This document shows, one piece after another, positions 9,033-18,344 of a stretch of DNA of 64,000 bases. Each line of letters opens with the position of its first letter. The stretch's first letter is position 1. The notes under the pieces were generated by a model. It worked only from the letters and a program-made list of their open reading frames with translations. It was not told the origin of the DNA and searched no databases. Position numbers and translations under genes: made by a program. Where the stretch lies: the IMG/VR virus record IMGVR_UViG_2728369355_000004; one strand, written 5' to 3'. The stretch is from a virus. Lineage: Duplodnaviria; Caudoviricetes.

Positions 9033-9863
9033 TTATTTATCCCCCTTGAGAATGTTTTGGCGTAGACGACTTAGAGCAGCAGCCGCTTCTTCTCGTGTGA
9101 TTGGAGCGCCGGGACGCGTTCCATCAAAGTAACCATTCTTGGTCATTTCCTCCCATACATCTGCTGCCCACGGGCTAACCTTGTTAATGTCTCTCTGCTT
9201 TTCTGTCACTGTATTTTCCCCCTTCTTGTTGAACCGCGTCCGCAATTCGTCCGCCGTACCGTCAAACTCATTCAGATCCACATTTCCAGCGATGCCCTTA
9301 ATCTTACCGCTATCGCTGTACTGCCAAATATCCCAACGTTTCCACGTCGCTGTGTCGCTCGGGACGCGAGTATCACTGTACCGGGCTATCCAAAGCTTGT
9401 ACCCACCCAATGAGGCGTTAAAGTTAGCAGCAAAGGCATTACCTGTATAGATAATAGGCTTTCGTCCAGTGAGGCGTTCCAGCTCTAAGAGAAAGGCCAA
9501 CGCTACCGCGCTAATGAGCGTTTTGGATAGATTGCCGGGATTGTTTTCATAATCCATCACTGCTGGAAGGTCCAGCGCTTTTGCGCCGCCAATCTGCTCC
9601 AGCACTTCAGCGAAATGCCTTGCTTCCGCTTTTGCAGCTTCAACGCTGGTTGCATCGACAAAATGGTATGCTCCCAGTAACACCCCGGCAGCCCTGGCCC
9701 CTTTTGCATTCGTAATAAATGTCGGATCGACATAACGTTGCCCCTGGCTGGCCTTAATGAAGGCAAATGAAATTCCGTCCGCTTTGACCACCTTCCAATC
9801 AATATTGCCCTGATAGCGAGAGACGTCTATCCCCTGCGCGTTACCTTTTTTCCTTGTCTGCAT
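9033..9863 (-). CDS. Endolysin, GH25 muramidase
   Basis: GIDVSRYQG, FAFIKASQG, GAYHF, DYE, WQYSD..GNVDLN; SLH-like tail. Confidence 0.93.
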   Translation of the reverse strand: MQTRKKGNAQGIDVSRYQGNIDWKVVKADGISFAFIKASQGQRYVDPTFITNAKGARAAGVLLGAYHFVDATSVEAAKAEARHFAEVLEQIGGAKALDLPAVMDYENNPGNLSKTLISAVALAFLLELERLTGRKPIIYTGNAFAANFNASLGGYKLWIARYSDTRVPSDTATWKRWDIWQYSDSGKIKGIAGNVDLNEFDGTADELRTRFNKKGENTVTEKQRDINKVSPWAADVWEEMTKNGYFDGTRPGAPITREEAAAALSRLRQNILKGDK

Positions 9864-10296
9864 TTTCCCCGTCACCTTCCTTTTCTCCGCTTTTACTCTT
9901 TAAAACTTCCACAGCCTGCCGAATGATCGACGGGACTGGCGCACCAAGCCTGCCGCCATTTTCAACTATCGAAAGCAGCTCATTTGCCATATAAAAATAG
10001 GCAACCGCATCCCGGAATAGGTGCGAATCGCCTAAGACTCCATCAATTAGATGGGATACAGCAACCATTGCAAAAATAAAAACCTTTCGGGCAATACCGA
10101 TCAGGCCGATCTTACTTTTCAAGCCGGGTCCGGTTCCCTTCTTACCCTCGGCTCCCGCCGCGAACAGCCCTGTCACATAATCAATAATGACCAGTGCAAG
10201 CAACACCCCCAATACTCCCGACCACCCACCGTAAAAATACGTCACAGCGCTGCTCCCTAAAGCAGTGCTGAACTTAAAAACCTCCCACTTATCCAC
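9841..10296 (-). CDS. Phage holin (toxin secretion/phage lysis family)
   Basis: DYVTG, GIARKV, NELLSIVEN.GRLG.PVP motifs; GTG start after GGGGGA. Confidence 0.9.
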   Translation of the reverse strand: MDKWEVFKFSTALGSSAVTYFYGGWSGVLGVLLALVIIDYVTGLFAAGAEGKKGTGPGLKSKIGLIGIARKVFIFAMVAVSHLIDGVLGDSHLFRDAVAYFYMANELLSIVENGGRLGAPVPSIIRQAVEVLKSKSGEKEGDGENADKEKR

Positions 10297-10318
10297 CTTG
10301 CTTCCCCCGTCTCTTTGT

Positions 10319-10336
10319 TCAGGAAACTTTTCCTGA
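10319..10336. repeat. Dispersed palindrome copy 1
   Basis: TCAGGAAACTTTTCCTGA. Confidence 0.85.
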
Positions 10337-10540
10337 GCTATCATCGTCTGTTTTCTGATCCTTTTCCTCTTGGGCCTGTATCTCTGCTAATGCATTTCCT
10401 ACTGCTATATCTAATCCCTCAAGTATTTCTTTACGTTTATGTGGTTGTGAAGCAATTACAGCAGAAATGACCTCAGTCAAATCCTCAACAGGTCTGGTTA
10501 GATCCAGTTGTATATCCAATGTAGATTTTATTTTTGCCAC
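10319..10540 (-). CDS. Hypothetical phage protein
   Basis: RBS GGGAGGTGA; directly precedes the holin. Confidence 0.65.
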   Translation of the reverse strand: MAKIKSTLDIQLDLTRPVEDLTEVISAVIASQPHKRKEILEGLDIAVGNALAEIQAQEEKDQKTDDDSSGKVS

Positions 10541-10580
10541 GGGTTTCATCACCTCCCTCAGACACAAAAAAAAGACACCT

Positions 10581-11294
10581 TTAGTTTGCAGATGCCTTTG
10601 ATTGCTCCTTATTATAAATTTTCAAAAGCCATTCACGACCTAACTGTGTAAATCTACGGTGATATATCACTTTTCCGTTATCAAGAACTTCTTGTTTGAT
10701 TTCAACATAGCCGCAATCCGCAAATCTGCTATACAACAACCATGTGTCATTCTGCCTGAATTGAATCTTTCGATTGCCTAAATCATGGTTAAGAGCAATT
10801 GCTGACTTAAATCCGAGTTCTTTGGCAATCTCTGTGGCAGTATAGGTTTTGTTAACATGCATTAGGATTGCATTTGTTCTTTCCGCCTGTACTCTGGCAG
10901 CACGTTCTTCCTTGAGCTTAGTCAACAGTTCAATTCCAAAGTCAGGATTATTGAGGATATTGTCAATCACATTATCCGTAGCATATATTCCATGCTTCCT
11001 GATCGACGGCAATATTTCATCAGCTACCTTGGCCTGAAATGCTTCGGCTACTTCGTTTCTTGCCTTCATTGCCAGTCGATAAAAGATGTTTTCAGGAATA
11101 AAAGTATCTTTCGACACTTCTGTCGAAAACTTCAAATCCGATATATACTGCCTCACTCTATCCCATTTGACATACTCTGCACTTTTGGATTTGTCTGTAA
11201 ATCCTAATCCGCGAGCCACATCCTCCAAATTCAATTGCGGCGTGCCGTTTCCATCAATAAATCCTCTTACTCCGTGAATTGTAAGTATATCCAT
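10581..11294 (-). CDS. Phage antirepressor (Bro-like N-terminus plus KilAC/ANT C-terminus)
   Basis: LEDVARGLGF, FIPENIFYRL, EILPSIRKHGIY, YTATEIAKELG..FTQLGR. Confidence 0.85.
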   Translation of the reverse strand: MDILTIHGVRGFIDGNGTPQLNLEDVARGLGFTDKSKSAEYVKWDRVRQYISDLKFSTEVSKDTFIPENIFYRLAMKARNEVAEAFQAKVADEILPSIRKHGIYATDNVIDNILNNPDFGIELLTKLKEERAARVQAERTNAILMHVNKTYTATEIAKELGFKSAIALNHDLGNRKIQFRQNDTWLLYSRFADCGYVEIKQEVLDNGKVIYHRRFTQLGREWLLKIYNKEQSKASAN

Positions 11295-11422
11295 TACGAT
11301 CTCACCTTTCTTTGTACGCAAAATAAGCCCCTGAGTTATCAGAGGCTTTCATACTTGTATCTTAAATTGATTTTGTTACTATAACGCTGCGGATTTTAAA
11401 GAGAAATATTGTTCAGTGAATA

Positions 11423-13025
11423 TAAAGTTGTAGACTGATATTGACGTCATTAAGTTAACGGGCAGAAATGTTCAATCATTTACGTTTTACATGTACCCGG
11501 ATAAATGAACAAGTTGTCAGACAGCAAGAACACAGGCGAAATGTACCCGAGTAGAACGCGGATACATACCTATTAATTTGGAAGTGTTAAAGTTTTTTCT
11601 AACATGCATAAATTATCCAACCATGTCGCATAACAATCTCATACATTATTTTATTACAAAGAAGGGGGTTAATCTTCAATGCATACAAGAAAAGAGATAA
11701 GATCGCTATCACCGGAGGAACTCCTTGCGTTTCGAAGGGCTATGATTGAATTGCAGCGGCGTGATGGAACGAATAGTTACATCGATCTTGCAGGATACCA
11801 TTGGATACCACGAGAATTTTGTCCGCATGGGGAATCTATTTTCCTTCCGTGGCATAGGGTCTATATCCGCTTATTTGAACAAGCACTACAATCAATCGAC
11901 CCTTCTGTTTCTTTGCCTTTTTGGGATTGGACCTCAAGCGAATCGTTAGCTCAAGGCTTGGCTCCTGCACATGGCGATGAAATGTTCGATGACGGCGGAG
12001 TACCCCGACTGAATCCTCTCTTCTCCGGTCCAATAGAGGATCGGAGTCGTCAGACTCGCCGAAATCCTCCGCAAGCTCTCAGACGTTTAAGGGAACACGC
12101 CAGCGCAGCAATTGATGCAATGAGTGATTCAAATGATTTTATGAGTTTTACTGTTGCAATCGAGGGGCCACATGGGGACATACACGGTTGGGTTGGTGGG
12201 CCCGGTGGAGATATGTCAACAATTCTACGTTCTGCATACGACCCAATATTCTGGTCTCACCATGCTAACGTTGATCGACAGTGGGCTATTTGGCAAAAGT
12301 GTAACCCACAGGGAAATCCTCCACCTGAGATAATGTCATTATCATTGGAATCCCGCGGTTTTCCGGGGTGGTCTGTGGCTGATACGCTTGATCTCTCGTC
12401 ACCACGACTTGATTATACGTATGAAGGACTAGATACAGTTACTTGTCCTATACGGACTTTACATGAATTATTTGGTAAACCTCGAATTAAAGTGGAAATT
12501 AAAAATATAGTTATTACCAGGGGTTCCTTTATTGTTGATATCTACCTCCGTAGGAAGAACTCTGCTCTGGAGGAGGGCGTTTTCAGTGGATCGTTTAGCA
12601 TTTTCGGGCTCCCAAGCAACGAAGGGGGACATTTTCCCGGCCATCATCATCACCATACGCCCGTAAACAGGCTTATTGATGTTACGGAAGCTTTTTACGG
12701 CATGGAACTTGGCGAGGATCAATTGCATTATGTTGATATACAACTTCAGGCAGTTAATATGGATGGTGAATCCGTAGATCCTGCTGCTCTCCCGATTGAA
12801 GGGGTAGAACTAACAATCCCCGATAGGTCATGATAAGGGTTTAAATCGTTGGTATTTGAATACTAGCGTGCCTTGAAAAGAGAACTTTGTATTAGTAAGT
12901 GTTATTGCTAAGATTTCTAGTGGGTAATCGACGATATAGTTCAATAGAACCTCGGCAGTCTAGGATTTTATTTTCTCGGCCTTGGCTGCCGTTGTTTCTA
13001 TTATTGAGTGCAGTCTAATACTATT
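11423..13025 (+). mobile_element. MITE-like cassette carrier A (tyrosinase passenger)
   Basis: Left end TAAAGTTGTAGACTGA; site ATTAAGTTAACGGGCAGA at 11449; right ~90-bp segment homologous to 46790-46877 and ending in CAGTCTA. Confidence 0.6.
11679..12833 (+). CDS. Tyrosinase (type-3 copper protein)
   Basis: CuA H..CPH..FLPWHR, PFWDW; CuB HGDIH..DPIFWSHHANVDR; His-rich C-terminal domain. Confidence 0.92.
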   Translation: MHTRKEIRSLSPEELLAFRRAMIELQRRDGTNSYIDLAGYHWIPREFCPHGESIFLPWHRVYIRLFEQALQSIDPSVSLPFWDWTSSESLAQGLAPAHGDEMFDDGGVPRLNPLFSGPIEDRSRQTRRNPPQALRRLREHASAAIDAMSDSNDFMSFTVAIEGPHGDIHGWVGGPGGDMSTILRSAYDPIFWSHHANVDRQWAIWQKCNPQGNPPPEIMSLSLESRGFPGWSVADTLDLSSPRLDYTYEGLDTVTCPIRTLHELFGKPRIKVEIKNIVITRGSFIVDIYLRRKNSALEEGVFSGSFSIFGLPSNEGGHFPGHHHHHTPVNRLIDVTEAFYGMELGEDQLHYVDIQLQAVNMDGESVDPAALPIEGVELTIPDRS

Positions 13026-13066
13026 TCACCTTGAAATTCACGATTTGCTAGAGTGCAACTTGACCG

Positions 13067-13419
13067 ATACGGATTTTCCGTATTGCTAATAATCCACCAT
13101 ACGCAAATTGAGGATGGTTCAATATCTAACCGTCTTGATGTTCAAGATTAACTCGGCTGAAAATTCAGCCCAGTTCAACTCAATTTTGAGGCGATTAAAA
13201 GGACTCCTAAAATTTCAGGAGTCCTGATTTACTGACCCCAAAAATGGGGTGAGTGTGTTTACCTTAATTCGATAAGACCGTCTAGTGTAGTAATAAATTC
13301 CTTGAAGGATACATCATTTAGTTCAGCAAGTTTAACTCAAGATATTGATCAGGTGAAGAATTTAATATAAAGTCCATTATCTCTTCTTCTATTATGTTTG
13401 CCTCCAGAAAAATGGGGCA
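13067..13419. repeat. Array of non-identical short palindromes
   Basis: Eight inverted repeats at 13067, 13096, 13133, 13150, 13179, 13200, 13231 and 13399. Confidence 0.8.
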
Positions 13420-13458
13420 TACACCTCTAACAGAATCTAGGCAACAAGATAAATAATT

Positions 13459-13486
13459 TTGACTATAAATTATACTATTGTATAAT
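13459..13486 (+). promoter_or_regulatory. SigA-type promoter
   Basis: TTGACT-N16-TATAAT. Confidence 0.65.
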
Positions 13487-13492
13487 TGTCTA

Positions 13493-13597
13493 TGATTAGG
13501 TTAGAGGGTATAACCCTTGAATAAGGTCACCTTACTCCGGCCAAGAAGACAGGTGACAACTTTGTTGGGAGTCGCTTTGTTAAGCGGCTCTTTTTAA
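13493..13597 (+). ncRNA. Candidate ~100-nt sRNA
   Basis: Promoter upstream; hairpin GTCACCT..AGGTGAC; terminator GAGTCGC..GCGGCTC-TTTTT; no ORF. Confidence 0.55.
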
Positions 13598-14238
13598 TTT
13601 GCATGTTTATTTCTCGGGTGATCACCTAGATACTTATCATAGATAGTTCTAGAGACTGCAATGTCTAACTTGAACTTGTCCGACATTGTCATCAGGTTAA
13701 CAGCATCTTCTAAAACAGCTTGTCTTTCTACAAGCATCTCGGGTGTCATTTGGTCTTTCTTGATCATCTTGGGGTGACCATGCATAGAAGAAATTGCTTT
13801 GTTTGCAATGGTATTAGCTTTAATAAAGTCAACTCTTACTGGTTGTCTTAATCCACTGCAAAGTTTACCCATGGCTTCTTTTTGATGATCTTTATCTAAC
13901 ATACGAAAGATTTGGAAACCTTCAAGTCCAGTAGACTGGCGAAGCTGCTTGATTATGTCGAAAACCCAATCTTGGAAAGCCTCAGCTTCTTTACGGCGTG
14001 ATCTCATAATCATTCGGTAGACTGCTTTTTCAGAGATAATCGCAACTTCTTGCTTTCCCCCGAGGGTGTCGGTTAAAGCTACATCCTTTTGAGTATCAGG
14101 CAAGCGACCTACCGCATCACGATTGTTTCTTATGCCGAGTACCCTAGTGACATCCACGGCTACTGCCCACCAATCACCTAGTGTCTTCTCTACAAAACGA
14201 ATTTCGTGTCCCATCCAATTCTCAATACGAATATTCAT
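13594..14238 (-). CDS. BRO-N family antirepressor
   Basis: EIRFVE..WWAVAVDV..LG, ISEKAVYRMIMRSR..AEAFQDWV. Confidence 0.88.
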   Translation of the reverse strand: MNIRIENWMGHEIRFVEKTLGDWWAVAVDVTRVLGIRNNRDAVGRLPDTQKDVALTDTLGGKQEVAIISEKAVYRMIMRSRRKEAEAFQDWVFDIIKQLRQSTGLEGFQIFRMLDKDHQKEAMGKLCSGLRQPVRVDFIKANTIANKAISSMHGHPKMIKKDQMTPEMLVERQAVLEDAVNLMTMSDKFKLDIAVSRTIYDKYLGDHPRNKHAN

Positions 14239-14436
14239 ATTATTCCTCCTTTTTGGTGATACTTAAAATAGTGTACTAGGCTATAGTTAAAGTTAGATTT
14301 TTTATTTTTACCGATAGGTTTAGATAACCTTTTATTATAATTATATCCGTTTATCTAAGATGCCTACATTGTTTTTCTTATTTCTTTCCTTCTTGTCTTT
14401 TAATCCCGATATGGATTAGTATTAGACTTATAAGGA

Positions 14437-14643
14437 TTAAACTGCTTCGGAAAATAGATCATCTAAAGAGTTCACTTTAAAGATAACTTTCAGCTTCTTT
14501 GCCATGCCAACATTAATGTTCTCTGGATTTCTCTCTAGACGCCCATAGTACGCTTGAGATATCCCTAATTCCTTGGCAACATCTTCTTGAGACATGATGT
14601 TGGTTAATCTGTAGTATGCTAACTTGTTAATTGGCTTTCTCAT
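14437..14643 (-). CDS. XRE/Cro-like HTH regulator
   Basis: SQEDVAKELGISQAYYGRLE. Confidence 0.85.
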   Translation of the reverse strand: MRKPINKLAYYRLTNIMSQEDVAKELGISQAYYGRLERNPENINVGMAKKLKVIFKVNSLDDLFSEAV

Positions 14644-14726
14644 TTTCCCACCCCTTTAGTACTTAATGGTCTAAATAAATTCCATTGCAGTCTTAATATA
14701 TGCTTGTTATAGTCTAATGTCAATAC

Positions 14727-15308
14727 TTGGAGGTATTCATTTTGGAAGTTTTTTCTGCGCGCCTCAAATGGCTAAGAGAATCAAAGGGTTTTAGCCAGCA
14801 AGAAATGGCTGATATGCTAGATCTCTCGCAGTCCTATTACGGAAGATTCGAAAGAAATAAAGGCGAACCCAATCTAGAAACACTCGCAAAGATTTCTTCT
14901 ATTCTTAAAGAAAGTGTAGATTTCTTACTAGGACTTGAAGAATTGACAATAGAAGCTAAAGAGTTACTTGAGAGATCTTTAGAACTAGCAGAATCAATTA
15001 AATCCACTAATGACAGCGTGATAAGAATGTTTGAAAATAACATGTCGGCAGCCATTGAAAGTCTTGATCCAAGATTACAGAAAGCTCTTCTTAAGAATTA
15101 CCAGAAGGACTTATCTCTTTACAAAGCAAAATATAAAAAGGCAGCAACTGAATTTGCATTAATGGTAGTTAAAATTCCTTTCTCTAAGTTTTATGGAGAA
15201 GGATTAATTGATGATGAAGGTAATATTCTTTATAATCCAGAAATAGATAAAGATAATATTCTTCATGAATCAGAAAAAATAGTAGATGAGTATCTAGAAT
15301 TAGATTAA
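14727..15308 (+). CDS. XRE HTH repressor-like protein
   Basis: RLKWLRE..SQQEMADMLDLSQSYYGRFE..SVDFLLG. Confidence 0.85.
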   Translation: MEVFILEVFSARLKWLRESKGFSQQEMADMLDLSQSYYGRFERNKGEPNLETLAKISSILKESVDFLLGLEELTIEAKELLERSLELAESIKSTNDSVIRMFENNMSAAIESLDPRLQKALLKNYQKDLSLYKAKYKKAATEFALMVVKIPFSKFYGEGLIDDEGNILYNPEIDKDNILHESEKIVDEYLELD

Positions 15309-15341
15309 CTAGTTTCTTGAACTACTTAATTAATTAGTTAG

Positions 15342-15401
15342 ATAGAATAAGAACAAAAAGGACTCCTAAAACTTAGGGAGTCCTTTTTGTTCTTATTCTA
15401 T
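15342..15401. terminator. Bidirectional terminator with 25-bp perfect arms
   Basis: ATAGAATAAGAACAAAAAGGACTCC-N10-GGAGTCCTTTTTGTTCTTATTCTAT between convergent genes. Confidence 0.8.
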
Positions 15402-15524
15402 TTGAGCGATTTCTAAACAACTACTTTTCTAGTTCAGCTTTTTGCTTTTCATTTCATTCCACGAACTCATGTGGAGTGCGACTTTTAATTTGAGCAATAC
15501 TGTCTTATTCCTTTTTTTCATGAG

Positions 15525-16121
15525 TTATTTAAGTGAAGCTATAGCTTTATCTATTTCTTCTAGTTCAGTCTTATATTTAGCTATATTTGTTTCAGCTTCT
15601 TGTAATACTTCTTCCGTGCCTTTTGTCTTGGAGTCCAGAGTGTCCATCGCCTTTTTATTTCCTGCGTATTCTTCTCTAAATTTGCTGTATTTTTCAAGAG
15701 TTTTTTGCAAGTTTTCTTTATCTTTTTCTGTATCTATTACAAATTTCTCAAGCTCCAACTTTCTATCTTCCAGTTTAGAAACAGGCCATCCTTGGTATTT
15801 ATTCGAAACAGACTGTATCACATCAGCAGTTTGTTTTGAAGAAAAATTATCTGGTGATTCAATTTGAATCGTTTTTCCATCCACTTTTAAATTCGCCCCC
15901 AAAGAGTCGGTGACAGCGCGAAGCGGAACATGCGCCTTTCCGTCAACAACAATTGCGTTTTCTGATAATGAGTTGCCATTGACCTTGACTGTATATTCCC
16001 CTGCTACTGTCCGCCCAATCATGGACTTAATTTGATCCGCAAAAGCGCTACCAGCTGTGGCAATAACCGTACCGATTAGCATCCCGCTAAGTAAAACCAA
16101 CAAATAAGACCATTTTTTCAT
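15525..16121 (-). CDS. Secreted protein with copper-amine-oxidase-like N-terminal domain and coiled coil
   Basis: Signal peptide; DGKAHVPLRAV..LGA motif. Confidence 0.75.
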   Translation of the reverse strand: MKKWSYLLVLLSGMLIGTVIATAGSAFADQIKSMIGRTVAGEYTVKVNGNSLSENAIVVDGKAHVPLRAVTDSLGANLKVDGKTIQIESPDNFSSKQTADVIQSVSNKYQGWPVSKLEDRKLELEKFVIDTEKDKENLQKTLEKYSKFREEYAGNKKAMDTLDSKTKGTEEVLQEAETNIAKYKTELEEIDKAIASLK

Positions 16122-16185
16122 GTAACGTTCCTCCTACACAGTATATATGTCCTAATATTACCATCGGTAGGAGATGCAGTAAACA

Positions 16186-18336
16186 TTATGTTGTCGAACT
16201 GCTAGAGCTTCCACCAGCAGGAATATTAACTGTAGCCACGGTTTTGCCTTGGCTGAACAATTTTAGATTCCTGGAACCAGGGTCGAATGTTGCATTAACG
16301 ATCAAACCATTAAACAAATCTCCATGTATTTTGTCAATATCGTTACGTAAATCTCTAAGTTTATTTTCGAGACCATTAATGCTCCCTACCTCTAAAGCAA
16401 GTCCACTCACAAATGCTTCGGAAAAATCCACAGGACCTTTTAAATAAGTGGCATCGTCTACAGATCGAATAATAATAGGTCCCATGTTTCCCAAATGAAA
16501 TCCTTCTCTATCTCCGTAGACGCTTCCTCTTGGCGAGCTATCATCCATAAACAATAAGCCGCCACCATCATTATACTGACCTAATGAAACAGCTTCTCCA
16601 CCACGAGAGTTATAAGCAGTAAGGCCAATAGAGTTTATCTCTATGCGCCTACCCTCTTTGGCTGTTCGGAATAAGGCTCCTGTAATAATACCGCCCTCGA
16701 TCTCATTACCGATTAACTTACTACCACGTATTGTACTTGCATTAACTGTACTAGCCCTAATATCTGAAGCGTTCATTTCTGAATTGTCAATTTGGCCTGT
16801 GAGCTTGATTGATCTAGCTACTACATTACCCTGCATATCTACCCTGAACGGTGCAATAGTATAGTCGTCATTTCCAGCACTTATTCCGTTGGTATTGATT
16901 TTGGTTACGTTATCACCGCTACCAATAACCAAAGATACAAAGTTACCCAGTTGCCCGACAATCTGCTCAGCTACCACCCCGCGCGCTGTAATAGCCGTTC
17001 TTGCTGTTTTACCTCCATCTGTGGTTAAGACAACACCATTTGAGGTCATAATGACCTGATTCTGTGCATTGGTCTTGTCCTGTAGGATTATACCGCGCTG
17101 ATCGTACTTAATTTCCGTTTTTGAGTTGTCTATATCAATGACTGCCTGCTTTGCGAAGGATTCAAAAACTTCCGTCCGGATCTTACCATTAGAAAATAGA
17201 TTATTGATAATATTTTTGTTCCGCTCCAGGTCAGAAATGATATCTGCATAATCGCGTAAATTGACATTGGATATGGTAGGCTCTGAATGTTTGTCGCGAC
17301 TATACGGATACTCTGTAAGTTCTGTGATTCGAGCTTTGAGTTTGTTCATATCCATAGCCGGATCAATACACATTACCGTGTCACCTAAATGTGGTTCTGG
17401 CTCTGTATTGTCAATTTTAAATAGGTCTGCCGTTGATACCGTTACCTCCAGCGTTACATTCTCCTGTTCGGCAAGAGCCTTCCGCGTAGCCTTCAACAAA
17501 TCCTCCGGTTCCTCAATATCCTGCTCTATAATCTCACCATCATAAAACGGCACGGAATCACTGGCCCAATATTGAGCGTATGGCGATATTAAGTAATTCA
17601 CCGCCAGCTTTCCGTTTACAATAGTTCCCGATATACTGGAAAGCAAGCTCCGCTCCTCGTCGGTCAGTTTGGACGCATCCATGCCTATGAATGTCCGTCC
17701 ATCCTTCATCTGAGCAAACATGCGCGTCACTAGAGACTCGCCTTTGTCTTTGAACGAACTGGATACGATATTCTTTTTAAGCCGGTACTGTAATCCGCTG
17801 TCGGTTCCGATCTTTTTTCTAAGGTTAATAGTGAAGTTGTCTGGTTCGACCTCGCACTCATACATCTGAATGATCTTATTTAGTGCTTCAAGACAAGTGC
17901 CACGTCCGAAGTCTTTTACATCATGCAAATCGAACGTGTCATGAATAACAAACTTAAACCGTCCACCTGTAGCAACTGTAATCAGGTCTGTAAGCTGGTT
18001 AATATGGATACCATAGGCTTCTGCAATGTATGAAGCATATGGAAACTTGTAATCATTAAGTCTGAACATGATGTGGTTGCAGTAGATGTTTGCAGTCAGC
18101 TTTCGGCCTTCGCGTGACCGGCTTCGGGATTGGATAACATAAAATTGACCACGCTCATCCCGAACGTGGCCCTTGATTGCTATCTTTTCACGATAATCCT
18201 CACTGGTCATTGGAACCATGAAGGTTAATTCATAATCACTATTGATCCTGCGCCGCCGCTGAATGTCATAAGAGTCCACTAGCGTTCCAACGCGACGCAT
18301 GTTTTTATCAAACACTTGCATAGTTGGAGTAGGCAT
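16186..18336 (-). CDS. Tail-associated (Tal/endopeptidase-like) tail protein
   Basis: Position after Dit/fibre genes; PHLGDTV..ARITE and TTDGGKT..TAIT motifs. Confidence 0.82.
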   Translation of the reverse strand: MPTPTMQVFDKNMRRVGTLVDSYDIQRRRRINSDYELTFMVPMTSEDYREKIAIKGHVRDERGQFYVIQSRSRSREGRKLTANIYCNHIMFRLNDYKFPYASYIAEAYGIHINQLTDLITVATGGRFKFVIHDTFDLHDVKDFGRGTCLEALNKIIQMYECEVEPDNFTINLRKKIGTDSGLQYRLKKNIVSSSFKDKGESLVTRMFAQMKDGRTFIGMDASKLTDEERSLLSSISGTIVNGKLAVNYLISPYAQYWASDSVPFYDGEIIEQDIEEPEDLLKATRKALAEQENVTLEVTVSTADLFKIDNTEPEPHLGDTVMCIDPAMDMNKLKARITELTEYPYSRDKHSEPTISNVNLRDYADIISDLERNKNIINNLFSNGKIRTEVFESFAKQAVIDIDNSKTEIKYDQRGIILQDKTNAQNQVIMTSNGVVLTTDGGKTARTAITARGVVAEQIVGQLGNFVSLVIGSGDNVTKINTNGISAGNDDYTIAPFRVDMQGNVVARSIKLTGQIDNSEMNASDIRASTVNASTIRGSKLIGNEIEGGIITGALFRTAKEGRRIEINSIGLTAYNSRGGEAVSLGQYNDGGGLLFMDDSSPRGSVYGDREGFHLGNMGPIIIRSVDDATYLKGPVDFSEAFVSGLALEVGSINGLENKLRDLRNDIDKIHGDLFNGLIVNATFDPGSRNLKLFSQGKTVATVNIPAGGSSSSSTT

Positions 18337-18344
18337 AAGTCACC

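Noticed and set aside
13067-13419. CRISPR array
   Set aside because: Units are all different, with no constant repeat-spacer pattern and no cas genes.
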